Assembly: GCA_946406015.1 (NCBI GenBank)
Contig: CAMJJD010000002.1
Coordinates: forward strand, 4,787 to 68,786
Length of the DNA stretch: 64,000 nt
Direction: 5' to 3'
Source: an uncultured Bacteroidales bacterium
GTDB taxonomy: Bacteria > Bacteroidota > Bacteroidia > Bacteroidales > P3
Shown here: positions 19,201 through 27,987 of the stretch, piece after piece
Layout of the letters: each line of letters opens with the position of its first letter
Numbering within the stretch: the first letter of the stretch is position 1
Notes under the pieces: generated by a model
What the model saw: the letters and a program-made list of their open reading frames with translations, nothing else
The model's database searches: none
What the model was told of the DNA's origin: nothing
Made by a program: the position numbers and the translations under genes

Positions 19201-19322
19201 ACGACTCGAAGCCGAAGGAGAAATTCGACTGGGGCAAAGAGGCGAGCAACATGATGAGCGCCCTCACCTCCATCATGTCCATCGTCATCCTCGTCAACAC
19301 CATGAAGAATCTGAACAACTAG
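16263..19322 (+). CDS. wza: large outer-membrane polysaccharide export protein (Wza/BexD family, multiple SLBB domains)
   Basis: 1019 aa with a signal peptide (MMKKSLLLALMFFALLPLSLMAQ), a Poly_export-like region (GDEVHISIFG) and several internally repeated SLBB-like modules (e.g. aa ~480-560 vs ~560-640). Confidence 0.88.
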   Translation: MMKKSLLLALMFFALLPLSLMAQAPNMMAMAQAELQKRGLNEAEVRSRLLSEGIDVDNIPPTEYANYQSRVTDILNKMQAEKAAQKAATAEANPAAPAVNTSSLDASTPTSSGTNIIATAASEAQTPNEFPQTTAGEAAAEEALEETLKENNVSTTAGDDIYGHALFTGTSMDVFRTTDGAQAPDTYVLGEGDEVHISIFGSSQTEIHQRIAPDGSIQPAGAAKIFLKGMTLAQGRQAIQNKLSQHYAFRPDQIAVTLTTARTINVSIYGEVGVQGGFTLSALNTAFNALAAAGGPTAIGSIRNIQRSRGGKTDRLDLYQFMTGNTKNVMFDLQNGDVLFVPVANNIVRIEGAVRRPMRYEMIEGETLKELIEYAGGLTYDVYPDFIQIERRQNDELKYLEFNLDEVMSGKSKVHLEGGDVVRIKTSNRPMENYVSIRGDVYYGGNFDLEKNSSLKTLIDKAQLKYTARKDYVIVERTSPDETVEFLTIPFPGENGNPDFKLQARDVITVLAQDSYLEKWTVSVDGEVRNPFSRTFGLNDQMTLGQALEYAGGPSHSARTDYVYVERTRPDLTVEVLTLPFPTPESESFNFKLQARDKVRVLSLASFRDVDEISVQGQVRAPFTRTFSLNDRMTVSQAIEYAHGLKQSVFPVAYIVRRDLTNPVKRQYIRVDLDKDGETLLQPGDRLNIYDNTTYTNVGEVRVSGAVKNPVGTTFDPSLTVHDLLLMAGGFEVGAAYDRVEVFRVNIDKKEEVKLEQITLHVDDNYNLIEDKKGPKDFQLQPYDHIVVRMTPNYTKGRTVEVNGRVRYPGVYVLEDNKTQLWEVIKMAGGLLDDADPYCRLMRTQGRNIGNIGLNLKNVKKHRGQLKHDPILMDGDVINIVRRENTVKIRETGTLMAQYVPEEYSSTEKVLVYQGRHTAAWYVKHFAGGFDKYANRKSVTVTYPNNQSDGTKYFLFFRHTPRVEPGGVITMQMNTQKKIDDSKPKEKFDWGKEASNMMSALTSIMSIVILVNTMKNLNN

Positions 19323-19326
19323 TCCT

Positions 19327-20466
19327 ATGGAAGAAAATAGAAACAACACCACAGCCACGGCCGAGGAAGAAGGCGGCATCGACATCATGGCTCTGCTGCG
19401 TGGCCTGTGGGACGGTCGTAAAACCATCTTTATCTGCTTAGGTATTTTCATCGTGCTCGGCCTGGTGGCCGCCTTATCGATGAAACGCACCTACTCCGTC
19501 ACCACCGTGATGGTGCCCCAGATGGGCGACGCCAAATCGGGATTGGGCGGCCTGGCCGCACTGGCCGGCTTCGACATGGGAGCTGCATCCAACAACGGAG
19601 AGCTCTCACCTCTTATCTATCCGCAGATAGTGAGCAGCGTCCCCTTCCGCCTCGAGATGATGCACACCCCGCTGCATTACCAGAAGTGCGACACGCTGAT
19701 CAGCATGTTCGACTATGCAAAAGCCAAATACGAAAAGCCCTCTGTATTCTCCTATGTGATGAAATACACTATCGGTCTGCCGGGTGTAATTCTCGGTTCG
19801 CTCAGCAGCAAATCGAAAGAGGTGACCCTTCCCGGAGGGAATGGCACCGACGACGGCACTCCCAAACCTGTAGTGGTCAGCATGGATGAATACAAGATGC
19901 TGCAAGGCATGGGGCAGGTCATCTCCCTTGATGTCGACAAGAAAGAAGGCTATATCACCATGCATGTCAACGGCAGCGAACCTATACAGACAGCCGAATT
20001 GGCGCTGAAGGCCCAGCAGTTGCTACAGGACGAGGTGACCCGTTTCCGCACCGAGAAGTCGCAGAGCGAGTTGGAATATATCCAGGCCCGCTACGACGAG
20101 GCCAAGGCGGAAGCCGAACGCTACCAAATGGCATTGGCCGGTTCCAGAGACCGCATGCAGAATGTGGTCACCACTTCTTCCACCGTCGGAAAGGAGCGCC
20201 TGCAGTCGAAGTTCAACGTGGCCAACACCGTCTACCTCGAGATGGCCAAGCAACTGGAGCAGGCCAAGATGAAGGTGAAGAAAGACACCCCTGCTTTCTC
20301 CATCATTGAGCCTGTCACCCTCCCGATGAAGCCCTCCAACAGCCGAGCCAAGACCCTCATCATCTGGGTTTTCCTCGGAGTCGTCGTGGGCTGCGGCATC
20401 GTATTGGTCAAAGGCTACTGGCCCAAGCTGAAAGAGAAGTTCCAGAAACCCGAGACAGAGGAGTAA
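19327..20466 (+). CDS. wzz: chain-length determinant protein (Wzz / PCP family)
   Basis: 379 aa with an N-terminal TM (IFICLGIFIVLGLVAAL), a coiled-coil periplasmic region and a C-terminal TM (LIIWVFLGVVVGCGIVLV). Confidence 0.85.
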   Translation: MEENRNNTTATAEEEGGIDIMALLRGLWDGRKTIFICLGIFIVLGLVAALSMKRTYSVTTVMVPQMGDAKSGLGGLAALAGFDMGAASNNGELSPLIYPQIVSSVPFRLEMMHTPLHYQKCDTLISMFDYAKAKYEKPSVFSYVMKYTIGLPGVILGSLSSKSKEVTLPGGNGTDDGTPKPVVVSMDEYKMLQGMGQVISLDVDKKEGYITMHVNGSEPIQTAELALKAQQLLQDEVTRFRTEKSQSELEYIQARYDEAKAEAERYQMALAGSRDRMQNVVTTSSTVGKERLQSKFNVANTVYLEMAKQLEQAKMKVKKDTPAFSIIEPVTLPMKPSNSRAKTLIIWVFLGVVVGCGIVLVKGYWPKLKEKFQKPETEE

Positions 20467-20472
20467 TGACTC

Positions 20473-21480
20473 GTGCCCTTTGTCCGCGACATACTACGGC
20501 ACCGCAGCCTCTCCATCGTAGGGATGGAAAAGAATACCGGCAAAACGGTATGTCTTAACTATATATTACGTCGGCTGAACGAGCTGGGGGCGCATGTCGG
20601 CGTCACCTCCATCGGGGTCGACGGCGAACAGGTCGACTCGGTGTTTGCCACGGCGAAGCCCGAGGTGACTCTGTACGAGGGCACCCACTTCATCACTTCT
20701 GAACAGCACTATATGAAACGGCAGACGGTCTCGGTACTCGAGGCCGTCGACAGCCATCGTACCGCCCTGGGACCGCTGGTCACGGCCCGCGTCCTTGTCC
20801 GCGGCAAGGCGCTCCTCTCCGGAGCGGCCACCACCGGAATTCTGCGCCGACATATCGAGCAGCTCAGCTCGAGGGGTGTCGACATCGCCATCGTCGACGG
20901 TGCACTCTCGCGACTCAGCCTTGCCTCGCCCACCGTCACCGACGCCATGATACTGGCCACCGGCGCCGCCGTGTCGGCCAACATAAAACAGCTGGTGAGC
21001 AAGACCAAGTTTCTATACAACCTCATCCTCCTTGACGAGACTACCCCGGCGTTGCGCGACCGGCTGAGCGGCATCCCCTCCGGACTCTGGGCTGTCGACA
21101 GCGACGGCGAACCTCATGACCTCGGCATCGCCTCGGTGTTCCTCATCGACCGCGCAGAGAAAGACATCCTGCGCTTCGGCAAGACCCTCTTCGCCTCGGG
21201 GGCGGTGAGCGACCGCCTGCTGCGAGTGCTGGCCGCCAAAGGCAGGGATATCACACTGATTACGCGCGACTTCACCAAGCTATTCATCACTCCTGAAGCC
21301 TACATGGAGTTCACCCGGCGCGGCGGACGGCTGATGGTGCTGCAACGCTCACGACTGATCGCCATCACCCTCAACCCCACCTCCCCCCAAGGATTCCTGC
21401 TCGACTCCAAGAGCACATGCGACGCATTGAGCGACGCATTGCAGACTCCAGTCTATGACGTGAAGAAGATTACACAATGA
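20473..21480 (+). CDS. uncharacterised SIMIBI-class (BioD/CobQ-like) P-loop protein
   Basis: 335-aa ORF with a GTG start. It has a deviant Walker A IVGMEKNTGKT (G-x5-GKT, as in dethiobiotin synthase/CobQ). Its stop overlaps the next gene's start (ATGA at 21477-21480). Confidence 0.6.
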   Translation: MPFVRDILRHRSLSIVGMEKNTGKTVCLNYILRRLNELGAHVGVTSIGVDGEQVDSVFATAKPEVTLYEGTHFITSEQHYMKRQTVSVLEAVDSHRTALGPLVTARVLVRGKALLSGAATTGILRRHIEQLSSRGVDIAIVDGALSRLSLASPTVTDAMILATGAAVSANIKQLVSKTKFLYNLILLDETTPALRDRLSGIPSGLWAVDSDGEPHDLGIASVFLIDRAEKDILRFGKTLFASGAVSDRLLRVLAAKGRDITLITRDFTKLFITPEAYMEFTRRGGRLMVLQRSRLIAITLNPTSPQGFLLDSKSTCDALSDALQTPVYDVKKITQ

Positions 21481-22868
21481 AGATTAAAGAGCTCATAAAA
21501 CAAGACCCCGGATTCCAGTATGTCATCGACAACATGGAGTTCATGTCGTCGGCCGGCCGGCGCAAGACGCTCAATACCGAGTTCTGCACCGATGCTTCCG
21601 TCTTACAGGCGGAGTGGGACCGGCTCGAGAAGGCCATACAAGCCATCCGGGAATACAAATACAAAAAGCCATACATAGAGTTGCGTCATTGCCTGATGCA
21701 ACTGCATGACCTGCAAGGCACGCTGGCCAACCTGGCCAACCACGCCACGCTGAACGAAGTAGACCTGTTCGAGCTCAAGAGCCTCTCCCTACTGGCACAA
21801 ACGGCTACCGGAGCCATCGCCGGCCTGGAATTGAGCCGGATGCTCCCCCTGCCCAATACCAGCGAGGTGTTTTCCTTGCTCGACCCCGACCATACCGGCA
21901 TAGCGAACTTCTACATCTACGACAGCTACGACGACCGTCTGACGCCTCTGCGGCGTGAGCTGAGCGCACTCCAGACCTCCGAGGGCGACCCCATCCGCAT
22001 CAGCGAACTGCTCGCCCAGCAGAACGAGATTCAGAACGAAGTATGCTCCCGCCTCTCCGACCAACTCATCCCATGGACCGACACCTTGGTAACAGCCATG
22101 GAACAACTGGCTTACACCGACCTGCTGCTGGCCAAGGCCGAGTTGGCTATCGCATGGGAACTGACGCGGCCTGAAATTGGCGACCACATTGAATACACGT
22201 CGCTGGTCAATCCCCGCCTGAAGGAACGTAACGAGAAGGCGCACCTGCGCTACCAACCGGTCGACATTGCCGTACGCTCCGGCGTATGCCTGATTACCGG
22301 TGCCAATATGGCTGGCAAGACAGTGTTGCTCAAGAGTATCGGGACCGCACAAACGATGGCTCAATGCGGCATGTATGTGCCTGCATCCAAAGCTGTTGTC
22401 AAACTGGTCGACGGCATTGTCACCTCCATCGGCGACGAGCAGGACGAAATGAACGGACTCTCCTCCTATGCCGCCGAAATCATCAAGATAAGCAATATCC
22501 TCGACACTTGCCGCAGCCACGACATGCTCGTGCTCATCGACGAGCCAGCCCGCACCACCAACCCCATCGAAGGCAAGGCCTTGGTGCAAGCCATCGTCAC
22601 GATACTCAACACGATGAACTCCATCACCCTCGTCACCACCCACTACAGCGGGCTGGGGAGCGTGGCCACCCGTCGCCTTCGCGTGAAAGGATTCGTCGAG
22701 GGCATGTCCGACGTACCCCTCACCCCACAGAATATCAACCGTTTCATCGACTACTCGCTCACCGAAGACACCAGCGACGACGTGCCCCACGAGGCCTTGC
22801 GCATCGCTTCCATCCTCGGCTGCGACCAGGAGATGATTTCCCTCGCAAAAGATAATATAAACCATTAA
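21477..22868 (+). CDS. MutS-domain-V family ATPase (MutS2-like core, no mismatch-binding or Smr domain)
   Basis: 463 aa with Walker A ITGANMAGKTVLLKSIG, Walker B MLVLIDEPARTTNPIEG and the TTHY motif. The N-terminal half is helical (MutS domain III/IV-like). Confidence 0.8.
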   Translation: MKIKELIKQDPGFQYVIDNMEFMSSAGRRKTLNTEFCTDASVLQAEWDRLEKAIQAIREYKYKKPYIELRHCLMQLHDLQGTLANLANHATLNEVDLFELKSLSLLAQTATGAIAGLELSRMLPLPNTSEVFSLLDPDHTGIANFYIYDSYDDRLTPLRRELSALQTSEGDPIRISELLAQQNEIQNEVCSRLSDQLIPWTDTLVTAMEQLAYTDLLLAKAELAIAWELTRPEIGDHIEYTSLVNPRLKERNEKAHLRYQPVDIAVRSGVCLITGANMAGKTVLLKSIGTAQTMAQCGMYVPASKAVVKLVDGIVTSIGDEQDEMNGLSSYAAEIIKISNILDTCRSHDMLVLIDEPARTTNPIEGKALVQAIVTILNTMNSITLVTTHYSGLGSVATRRLRVKGFVEGMSDVPLTPQNINRFIDYSLTEDTSDDVPHEALRIASILGCDQEMISLAKDNINH

Positions 22869-22879
22869 ATAACATCATC

Positions 22880-24388
22880 ATGAGCAGTCTTATCCTCACC
22901 CTCGTCATCGTGGCAGTCGTCGTACTGTTTATCGTACTGGTCTCCTACATCAAAGCCCCGCCTTCGGTGGCCTACATCGTCTCCGGTCTCAACCGCAAGC
23001 CACGTATATACATAGGTAAAGGTGGTCTGCGCGTTCCCTTGCTCGAACGCCTGGACAAAGTGTTCCTCGGTCAGGTGACAGCCGACATCAAGACAAGCCG
23101 CAGCGTACCCACCAACGACTTCATCAACGTCAACGTCGACGCCGTGGCCAAGATACAGGTCATCCCCGACATCGACGGTGTGCGACTGGCCGCCAAGAAC
23201 TTCCTCAACATGAGCGGTGCCGACATCTCGAAGCAGGTCCAAGACAGCCTCGAGGGCAACATGCGTGAGGTCATCGGTTCCCTTTCCTTGCGCGATATCA
23301 ATATCAACCGCGACAAGTTCTCGGACGAAATCATGACAAAGGCACAGAAAGACATGGAAGCTCTCGGCCTGCTCATCATCAGTTGCAATATCCAGAATGT
23401 CACCGACGAGAAGAATCTCATCGAAGACCTCGGTGCCGACAACACCTGGACTATCCGCAAGCAGGCCAAAATCAACAAAGCCAATGCCGAGCGCGACATC
23501 GCCATGGCCGAGGCACAGGCCCAGAAGGAGGCCAATGACGCGCAGGTCGACAGCCAGACCCAGATTGCCATCCGACAGAACGAGCTGTCGGTCAAGAAGA
23601 GCGAGCTCACCATCATCTCGCAGACCAAGCAGGCCGACGCCGACGCCGCCTATGAAATCCAGCGCCAAGAGCAGCAGAAGACCATCAACTCCAAGACCGT
23701 AGACGCCCAAATCGAGCAGACCATGCGTGAGCAGGTGCTCACCGCCGAGCGGGTGAAGATACGCGAGAACGAACTCCAGGCCGAGGTGATGAAGAAGTCG
23801 GACGCCGACAAATACCAGATTGAGCTCAAAGCCGCCGCCGACCTGGAGCAGAGCAAACGTGAAGCCGAGGCCGAAGCCTACCGCGCCCAACAGGAGGCCC
23901 GTGCCCAGATTGCCCTGGCCGAAGCCAAGAAGCAGGCCATGGTGCTCGAGGCCGAGGGTATCAAGGCCAACGGCGACGCCGAGGCCTACAAGATACAGCG
24001 CGCCGGCGAAGCCGAAGCCATCGCCATCCAGAAGAAAGGGCTTGCCGAGGCTGAAGCCATGCAGAAGAAAGCCGAAGCCTACGAGCGTTACGGCCAGGCC
24101 GCTATCCTCGACATGATGGTGAAGATCATTCCCGAGGTGGCACAGCATGTCTCAGAACCCATCGCCGCTATCAAGAATATGAACGTCTACGGCACCAGCG
24201 GCGCCGACGCCGCCGGCATCAGCGGCGCTGTCCCGACAGTCATCAAACAAAGCTTCGACGTCATCGAAAGCGCTACAGGTGTCAACATGACCGACATCGT
24301 CCGCGCCAACACCATCGAAGCCAAGGTGACCCGCAACGTCAACCTTGATAGTGACAACCAGGTGGAACTAAAGAACAAGAATAAGTAA
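22880..24388 (+). CDS. flotillin (SPFH/band-7 family) protein
   Basis: 502 aa with an N-terminal TM, an SPFH domain, and a long Ala/Glu/Lys/Gln-rich coiled coil (flotillin repeats). Confidence 0.9.
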   Translation: MSSLILTLVIVAVVVLFIVLVSYIKAPPSVAYIVSGLNRKPRIYIGKGGLRVPLLERLDKVFLGQVTADIKTSRSVPTNDFINVNVDAVAKIQVIPDIDGVRLAAKNFLNMSGADISKQVQDSLEGNMREVIGSLSLRDININRDKFSDEIMTKAQKDMEALGLLIISCNIQNVTDEKNLIEDLGADNTWTIRKQAKINKANAERDIAMAEAQAQKEANDAQVDSQTQIAIRQNELSVKKSELTIISQTKQADADAAYEIQRQEQQKTINSKTVDAQIEQTMREQVLTAERVKIRENELQAEVMKKSDADKYQIELKAAADLEQSKREAEAEAYRAQQEARAQIALAEAKKQAMVLEAEGIKANGDAEAYKIQRAGEAEAIAIQKKGLAEAEAMQKKAEAYERYGQAAILDMMVKIIPEVAQHVSEPIAAIKNMNVYGTSGADAAGISGAVPTVIKQSFDVIESATGVNMTDIVRANTIEAKVTRNVNLDSDNQVELKNKNK

Positions 24389-24405
24389 TACCAAGACCGT
24401 CCGCA

Positions 24406-25296
24406 ATGTACAGCTATCTCGAAGTAGCCGATGGTGTCTACATCCCCCGCAATCCGGACGAATACCCCACTGACAACGCACAGCAACACCTCGTCGAGGT
24501 GAAGAAAGCCAAGCCCGGCAGCCGCCAGTTTGCCTTCGACGAGACCTATCCCTATATCGACCAGTCGTTCTCCTACTGGCTGAACCGCAACATCATAGGA
24601 CCGCCGTTCCTATGGATAGTCATCTACACCGTCAACCGCCTTAAATACGGCTTGCGTATCAAAGGGCGCCGCAACTTGCGCGCCTACCGCCAAGCCCTCA
24701 AAGGCGGCGCTGTGGCTGTATGCAACCATGTTTACCAGTTCGACGCCGTGTGCGTCAAACAGGCTCTCAGCCCCTGGCGTAACTTCTGGATACCCATGTA
24801 TGCCAAGCATTTCAACGGTAGCCAGTATTGGTTTGTACGCTACGTGGGCGGCATCCCCGTGCCCGAGACGCGTGGCGGCATGCGCAAATTCGACGAAGCC
24901 TTCGACGAGTACCACCGCCGTGGCGACCTCATCCTTGTCTTCCCCGAAGAGGTGCGCTGGGATTTCTACACACCGATACGCCCTTTCCGGAAAGGTGCCT
25001 TCACCATGGCCTACAAGTACAACGCCCCCGTCATCCCCTGCGCCATCCGCTTCCGCCAACGCACCGGAATCTACCGCCTCTTCGGTCCCAAAGACTTGCC
25101 CTTGATGACCATCCACGTCGGCGAACCCCTCATGCCCGACACTTCCAAGTCGCGCAAGGAGGAGACCGAGCGTCTGCGCCGCGAAGCACACGCTGCCATG
25201 ATACACCTGGCCGGTATCACCCACAACCCATGGGATGCCGTGCCCGACGACGAACAACGCCCATCACAAACCAACCCGATTACAAACAACACCTAA
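24406..25296 (+). CDS. PlsC-type lysophospholipid acyltransferase family protein
   Basis: 296 aa with an HX4D motif (NHVYQFD) and a FPEEVRW block. Confidence 0.78.
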   Translation: MYSYLEVADGVYIPRNPDEYPTDNAQQHLVEVKKAKPGSRQFAFDETYPYIDQSFSYWLNRNIIGPPFLWIVIYTVNRLKYGLRIKGRRNLRAYRQALKGGAVAVCNHVYQFDAVCVKQALSPWRNFWIPMYAKHFNGSQYWFVRYVGGIPVPETRGGMRKFDEAFDEYHRRGDLILVFPEEVRWDFYTPIRPFRKGAFTMAYKYNAPVIPCAIRFRQRTGIYRLFGPKDLPLMTIHVGEPLMPDTSKSRKEETERLRREAHAAMIHLAGITHNPWDAVPDDEQRPSQTNPITNNT

Positions 25297-25305
25297 CACA
25301 TACAA

Positions 25306-26997
25306 ATGAAAACGATCAACATGATCATCCCCAACTTCTTGTTGGGCACTGCAGGCGGTATCCAGTACCACGCATTGATAAAAGCGTCCAAAGACCCACA
25401 AAAAGCCAGCGAGAAGACCCTTCGCGACATACTCACCTTCGCCAAAGACACCGTCTACGGCCGCGAACACAAGTTCGACTACATCCTTCAGGCTACCGAC
25501 GCGCAAGAGCTCTACAAGCGCTATCAGGAAAATGTAAAGCCCAATGAATACGAGGACCTTCGTCCCTATGTCGAGCGTCACAAACACGGAGAAGCCGACA
25601 TCCTTTTCCCCGGCAAGCCCGTTCTCTATGCCACCACCTCCGGCTCCACGGCCGAGCCCAAATGGATTCCCATCACCGAACGCTACCTCAAGACCATCTA
25701 CGGCAAAATGACCAAGGTGTGGCTCTACAACTTCATCCAGAATCGCCACAAAGTCTTCGCCGGCAAGATTCTCTCCATCGTGGGCAAGGTAGTCGAAGGC
25801 TACGCTCCCGACGGCACTGTCTACGGTTCCGTCTCCGGTGTCACCCAGCGCGACTGCCCGGGCTTCGTCAAAAGGCTCTACAGCAACCCCCAGTGCGTCT
25901 ACTCTATCACCGATTACACCTCGCGCTACTATGTCCTCATGCGCATGGGCATCGAGCAAGACATCACACTCATCGTAACCGCCAACCCCTCAACCATCGT
26001 CGAGTTGCAGAACAACGTGAACCGCTACTACGACGACTATGTCAACGACATCGAGCACGGCACCCTCAAGGCCGAACTCGACATTCCTGCCGAGATACGC
26101 GCCGAACTCGAAGCCTGCCTCAAACCCAACCCCAAGCGCGCCGCCGAACTGCGCGCCCTACGCAAGAAGTACGGCAACGTACTGCCCAAGCACTACTGGC
26201 CCAACCTCCAGATTCTCAACACTTGGAAATGCGGCAACACCAAAGTCTACCTCGACAAGTTCAAAGACTCCTTCCCTGCCGGCATGCTGCACCAGGAGTT
26301 TGGCTACTTCGCCTCCGAATGCCGCTTCGGACTCGTCATGGACGACACCCTCAACAGCGTCATGTTCCCCCATTTCCACTTCTATGAGTTTGTCCGCGAA
26401 GAGGATATGGACAAACCCGACGCTCGCTTCTACCAGCTGCACGAGCTCGTCGAAGGACAGCGCTATTGCCCCTACGTAACCACCTTCGCAGGCCTCTATC
26501 GCTACAACATGAACGACCTCCTCGAAGTGGGTCCCAACTTCCAGAACACCCCCACCGTGCACATGATCCAGAAGACACACGGCATCGTCACCATGACCGG
26601 GGAGAAACTCTACGAGCGCCAGTTTATCGAAGCCGTGCACCAAGCCGAGAAACAGACAGGCCTCGCCACGCGTTTCTTCATCGGCTTCGCCGAACTGGCC
26701 GAGAGCCGCTACAACTTCTACTACGAGTTCGCCGACCAGTCCACCACTCAGGAGCAGGCCGAGGCATTCACCCGCGCCGTCGACGCCAACCTCATGGAAA
26801 TCAACATGGAATACAAGACCAAGCGCGAGTCGCTCCGCCTCAAGGATGCCAAGACCTTCCTCCTGGTGAAAGAGTCGTTCGAACAGTTCAAAGAGCGCTG
26901 CATCAAGGAAGGTGCCCGCGACGGCCAGTTCAAACTCAACCTGCTGCTGCAGGACGAAGTGCGTCACGCCAAATTTAACGACCTCGTCAAGAAATGA
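25306..26997 (+). CDS. GH3 (auxin-responsive promoter) family adenylate-forming enzyme
   Basis: 563 aa. It has the ATTSGSTAEPKWIP motif and overall GH3 layout, as in the Bacteroidota family annotated 'GH3 auxin-responsive promoter'. Confidence 0.82.
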   Translation: MKTINMIIPNFLLGTAGGIQYHALIKASKDPQKASEKTLRDILTFAKDTVYGREHKFDYILQATDAQELYKRYQENVKPNEYEDLRPYVERHKHGEADILFPGKPVLYATTSGSTAEPKWIPITERYLKTIYGKMTKVWLYNFIQNRHKVFAGKILSIVGKVVEGYAPDGTVYGSVSGVTQRDCPGFVKRLYSNPQCVYSITDYTSRYYVLMRMGIEQDITLIVTANPSTIVELQNNVNRYYDDYVNDIEHGTLKAELDIPAEIRAELEACLKPNPKRAAELRALRKKYGNVLPKHYWPNLQILNTWKCGNTKVYLDKFKDSFPAGMLHQEFGYFASECRFGLVMDDTLNSVMFPHFHFYEFVREEDMDKPDARFYQLHELVEGQRYCPYVTTFAGLYRYNMNDLLEVGPNFQNTPTVHMIQKTHGIVTMTGEKLYERQFIEAVHQAEKQTGLATRFFIGFAELAESRYNFYYEFADQSTTQEQAEAFTRAVDANLMEINMEYKTKRESLRLKDAKTFLLVKESFEQFKERCIKEGARDGQFKLNLLLQDEVRHAKFNDLVKK

Positions 26998-27608
26998 GCC
27001 TGCAGCTCGACACCAATGGCATCCGCGCGGTCATCTTCGACCTCGACGGCACTCTCTACAACAAAAAAGGTCTCCCCCTGAGACTAATTGCGGCAGACCC
27101 GCTCCACATGTTTATCCTTGGCAACGAGCGCAAGGTACGCGCCAACCTCAAGGGACGGTGGTTCGGCAACGAGGAGGCCTACTACAAAGCCCTCTTCGCC
27201 AGCGTGGCAGCCATGAGCCACACCACGCCGCAACACGTACAGCAGTGGTACACGCAGCGATACATGCCCACCATGGTACGCATCCTGCAACGCCATTACG
27301 CCGTAGAACCCTGGGTCGGACAATTGATGGCCGACCTGCGGCAACAAGGCATACGCACCGCCGTCTACTCCGACTATGGGCACCTCCGTGAACGCCTCGA
27401 AGCACTGCAGTTCAACCCCCAATGGGTCGACATCATTGCCAGCGCACCGGCACTCGGCGGACTGAAACCCTGCCGCCAGTCGACCCTTGCACTCTGCCTG
27501 CAACTCGGCGTGCCTCCCGATGCAACGCTCATGGTTGGCGACCGCGACGACACCGATGGCGAATCGGCACGCCAATGCGGGATGCGCTTCCACCACGTAG
27601 CACTGTAA
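26994..27608 (+). CDS. HAD-superfamily hydrolase
   Basis: 204 aa with motif I IFDLDGTLY and motif IV VGDRDDTDG. Its start overlaps the GH3 stop (ATGA). Confidence 0.8.
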   Translation: MSLQLDTNGIRAVIFDLDGTLYNKKGLPLRLIAADPLHMFILGNERKVRANLKGRWFGNEEAYYKALFASVAAMSHTTPQHVQQWYTQRYMPTMVRILQRHYAVEPWVGQLMADLRQQGIRTAVYSDYGHLRERLEALQFNPQWVDIIASAPALGGLKPCRQSTLALCLQLGVPPDATLMVGDRDDTDGESARQCGMRFHHVAL

Positions 27609-27615
27609 CACACAG

Positions 27616-27657
27616 AAAGACAAAATGCTGCCCTTCATTGGACAGCATTTTGTCTTT
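27616..27657. terminator. 15-bp-stem hairpin between the HAD gene (+) and tRNA-Ser (-)
   Basis: aaagacaaaatgctg / 12-nt loop / cagcattttgtcttt, followed by T-rich sequence. Confidence 0.75.
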
Positions 27658-27661
27658 TCAG

Positions 27662-27749
27662 CGGAAAGAAGGGGATTCGAACCCCTGAAGCGCTTTTAAC
27701 GCTTACTCGCTTTCCAGGCGGGCCTCTTCAACCACTCGAGCATCTTTCC
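27662..27749 (-). tRNA. tRNA-Ser (anticodon GGA), class II with long variable arm
   Basis: The 88-nt reverse complement folds as acceptor GGAAAGA/TCTTTCC, anticodon loop CTGGAAA, variable arm AAGCG/CGCTT and T-arm AGGGG-TTCGAAT-CCCCT. No CCA is encoded. Confidence 0.82.
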
Positions 27750-27929
27750 GAAAACGGGTGCAAAAGTAATACTTTTTTCCAATATGGCAAAACAAAAGAT
27801 GCACAATAACACACACATCGCTGATAATCAATATTATAAATACATAACTATATAACAGAATACACCTCTGAATCATACTCATTGCAGGTGCAATCGAACA
27901 TTAATTTGAGCCATTTGACGTTTTTTTCG

Positions 27930-27937
27930 TATTTTTG
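27930..27937 (+). promoter_or_regulatory. -7 promoter box (TATTTTTG) for the C25 peptidase gene
   Basis: Exact TAnnTTTG, 50 nt upstream of the ATG at 27988. Confidence 0.55.
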
Positions 27938-27987
27938 CATTTTAGTTTATTATAATAGACAACCCTATAAACAACAAACACAGAGAC

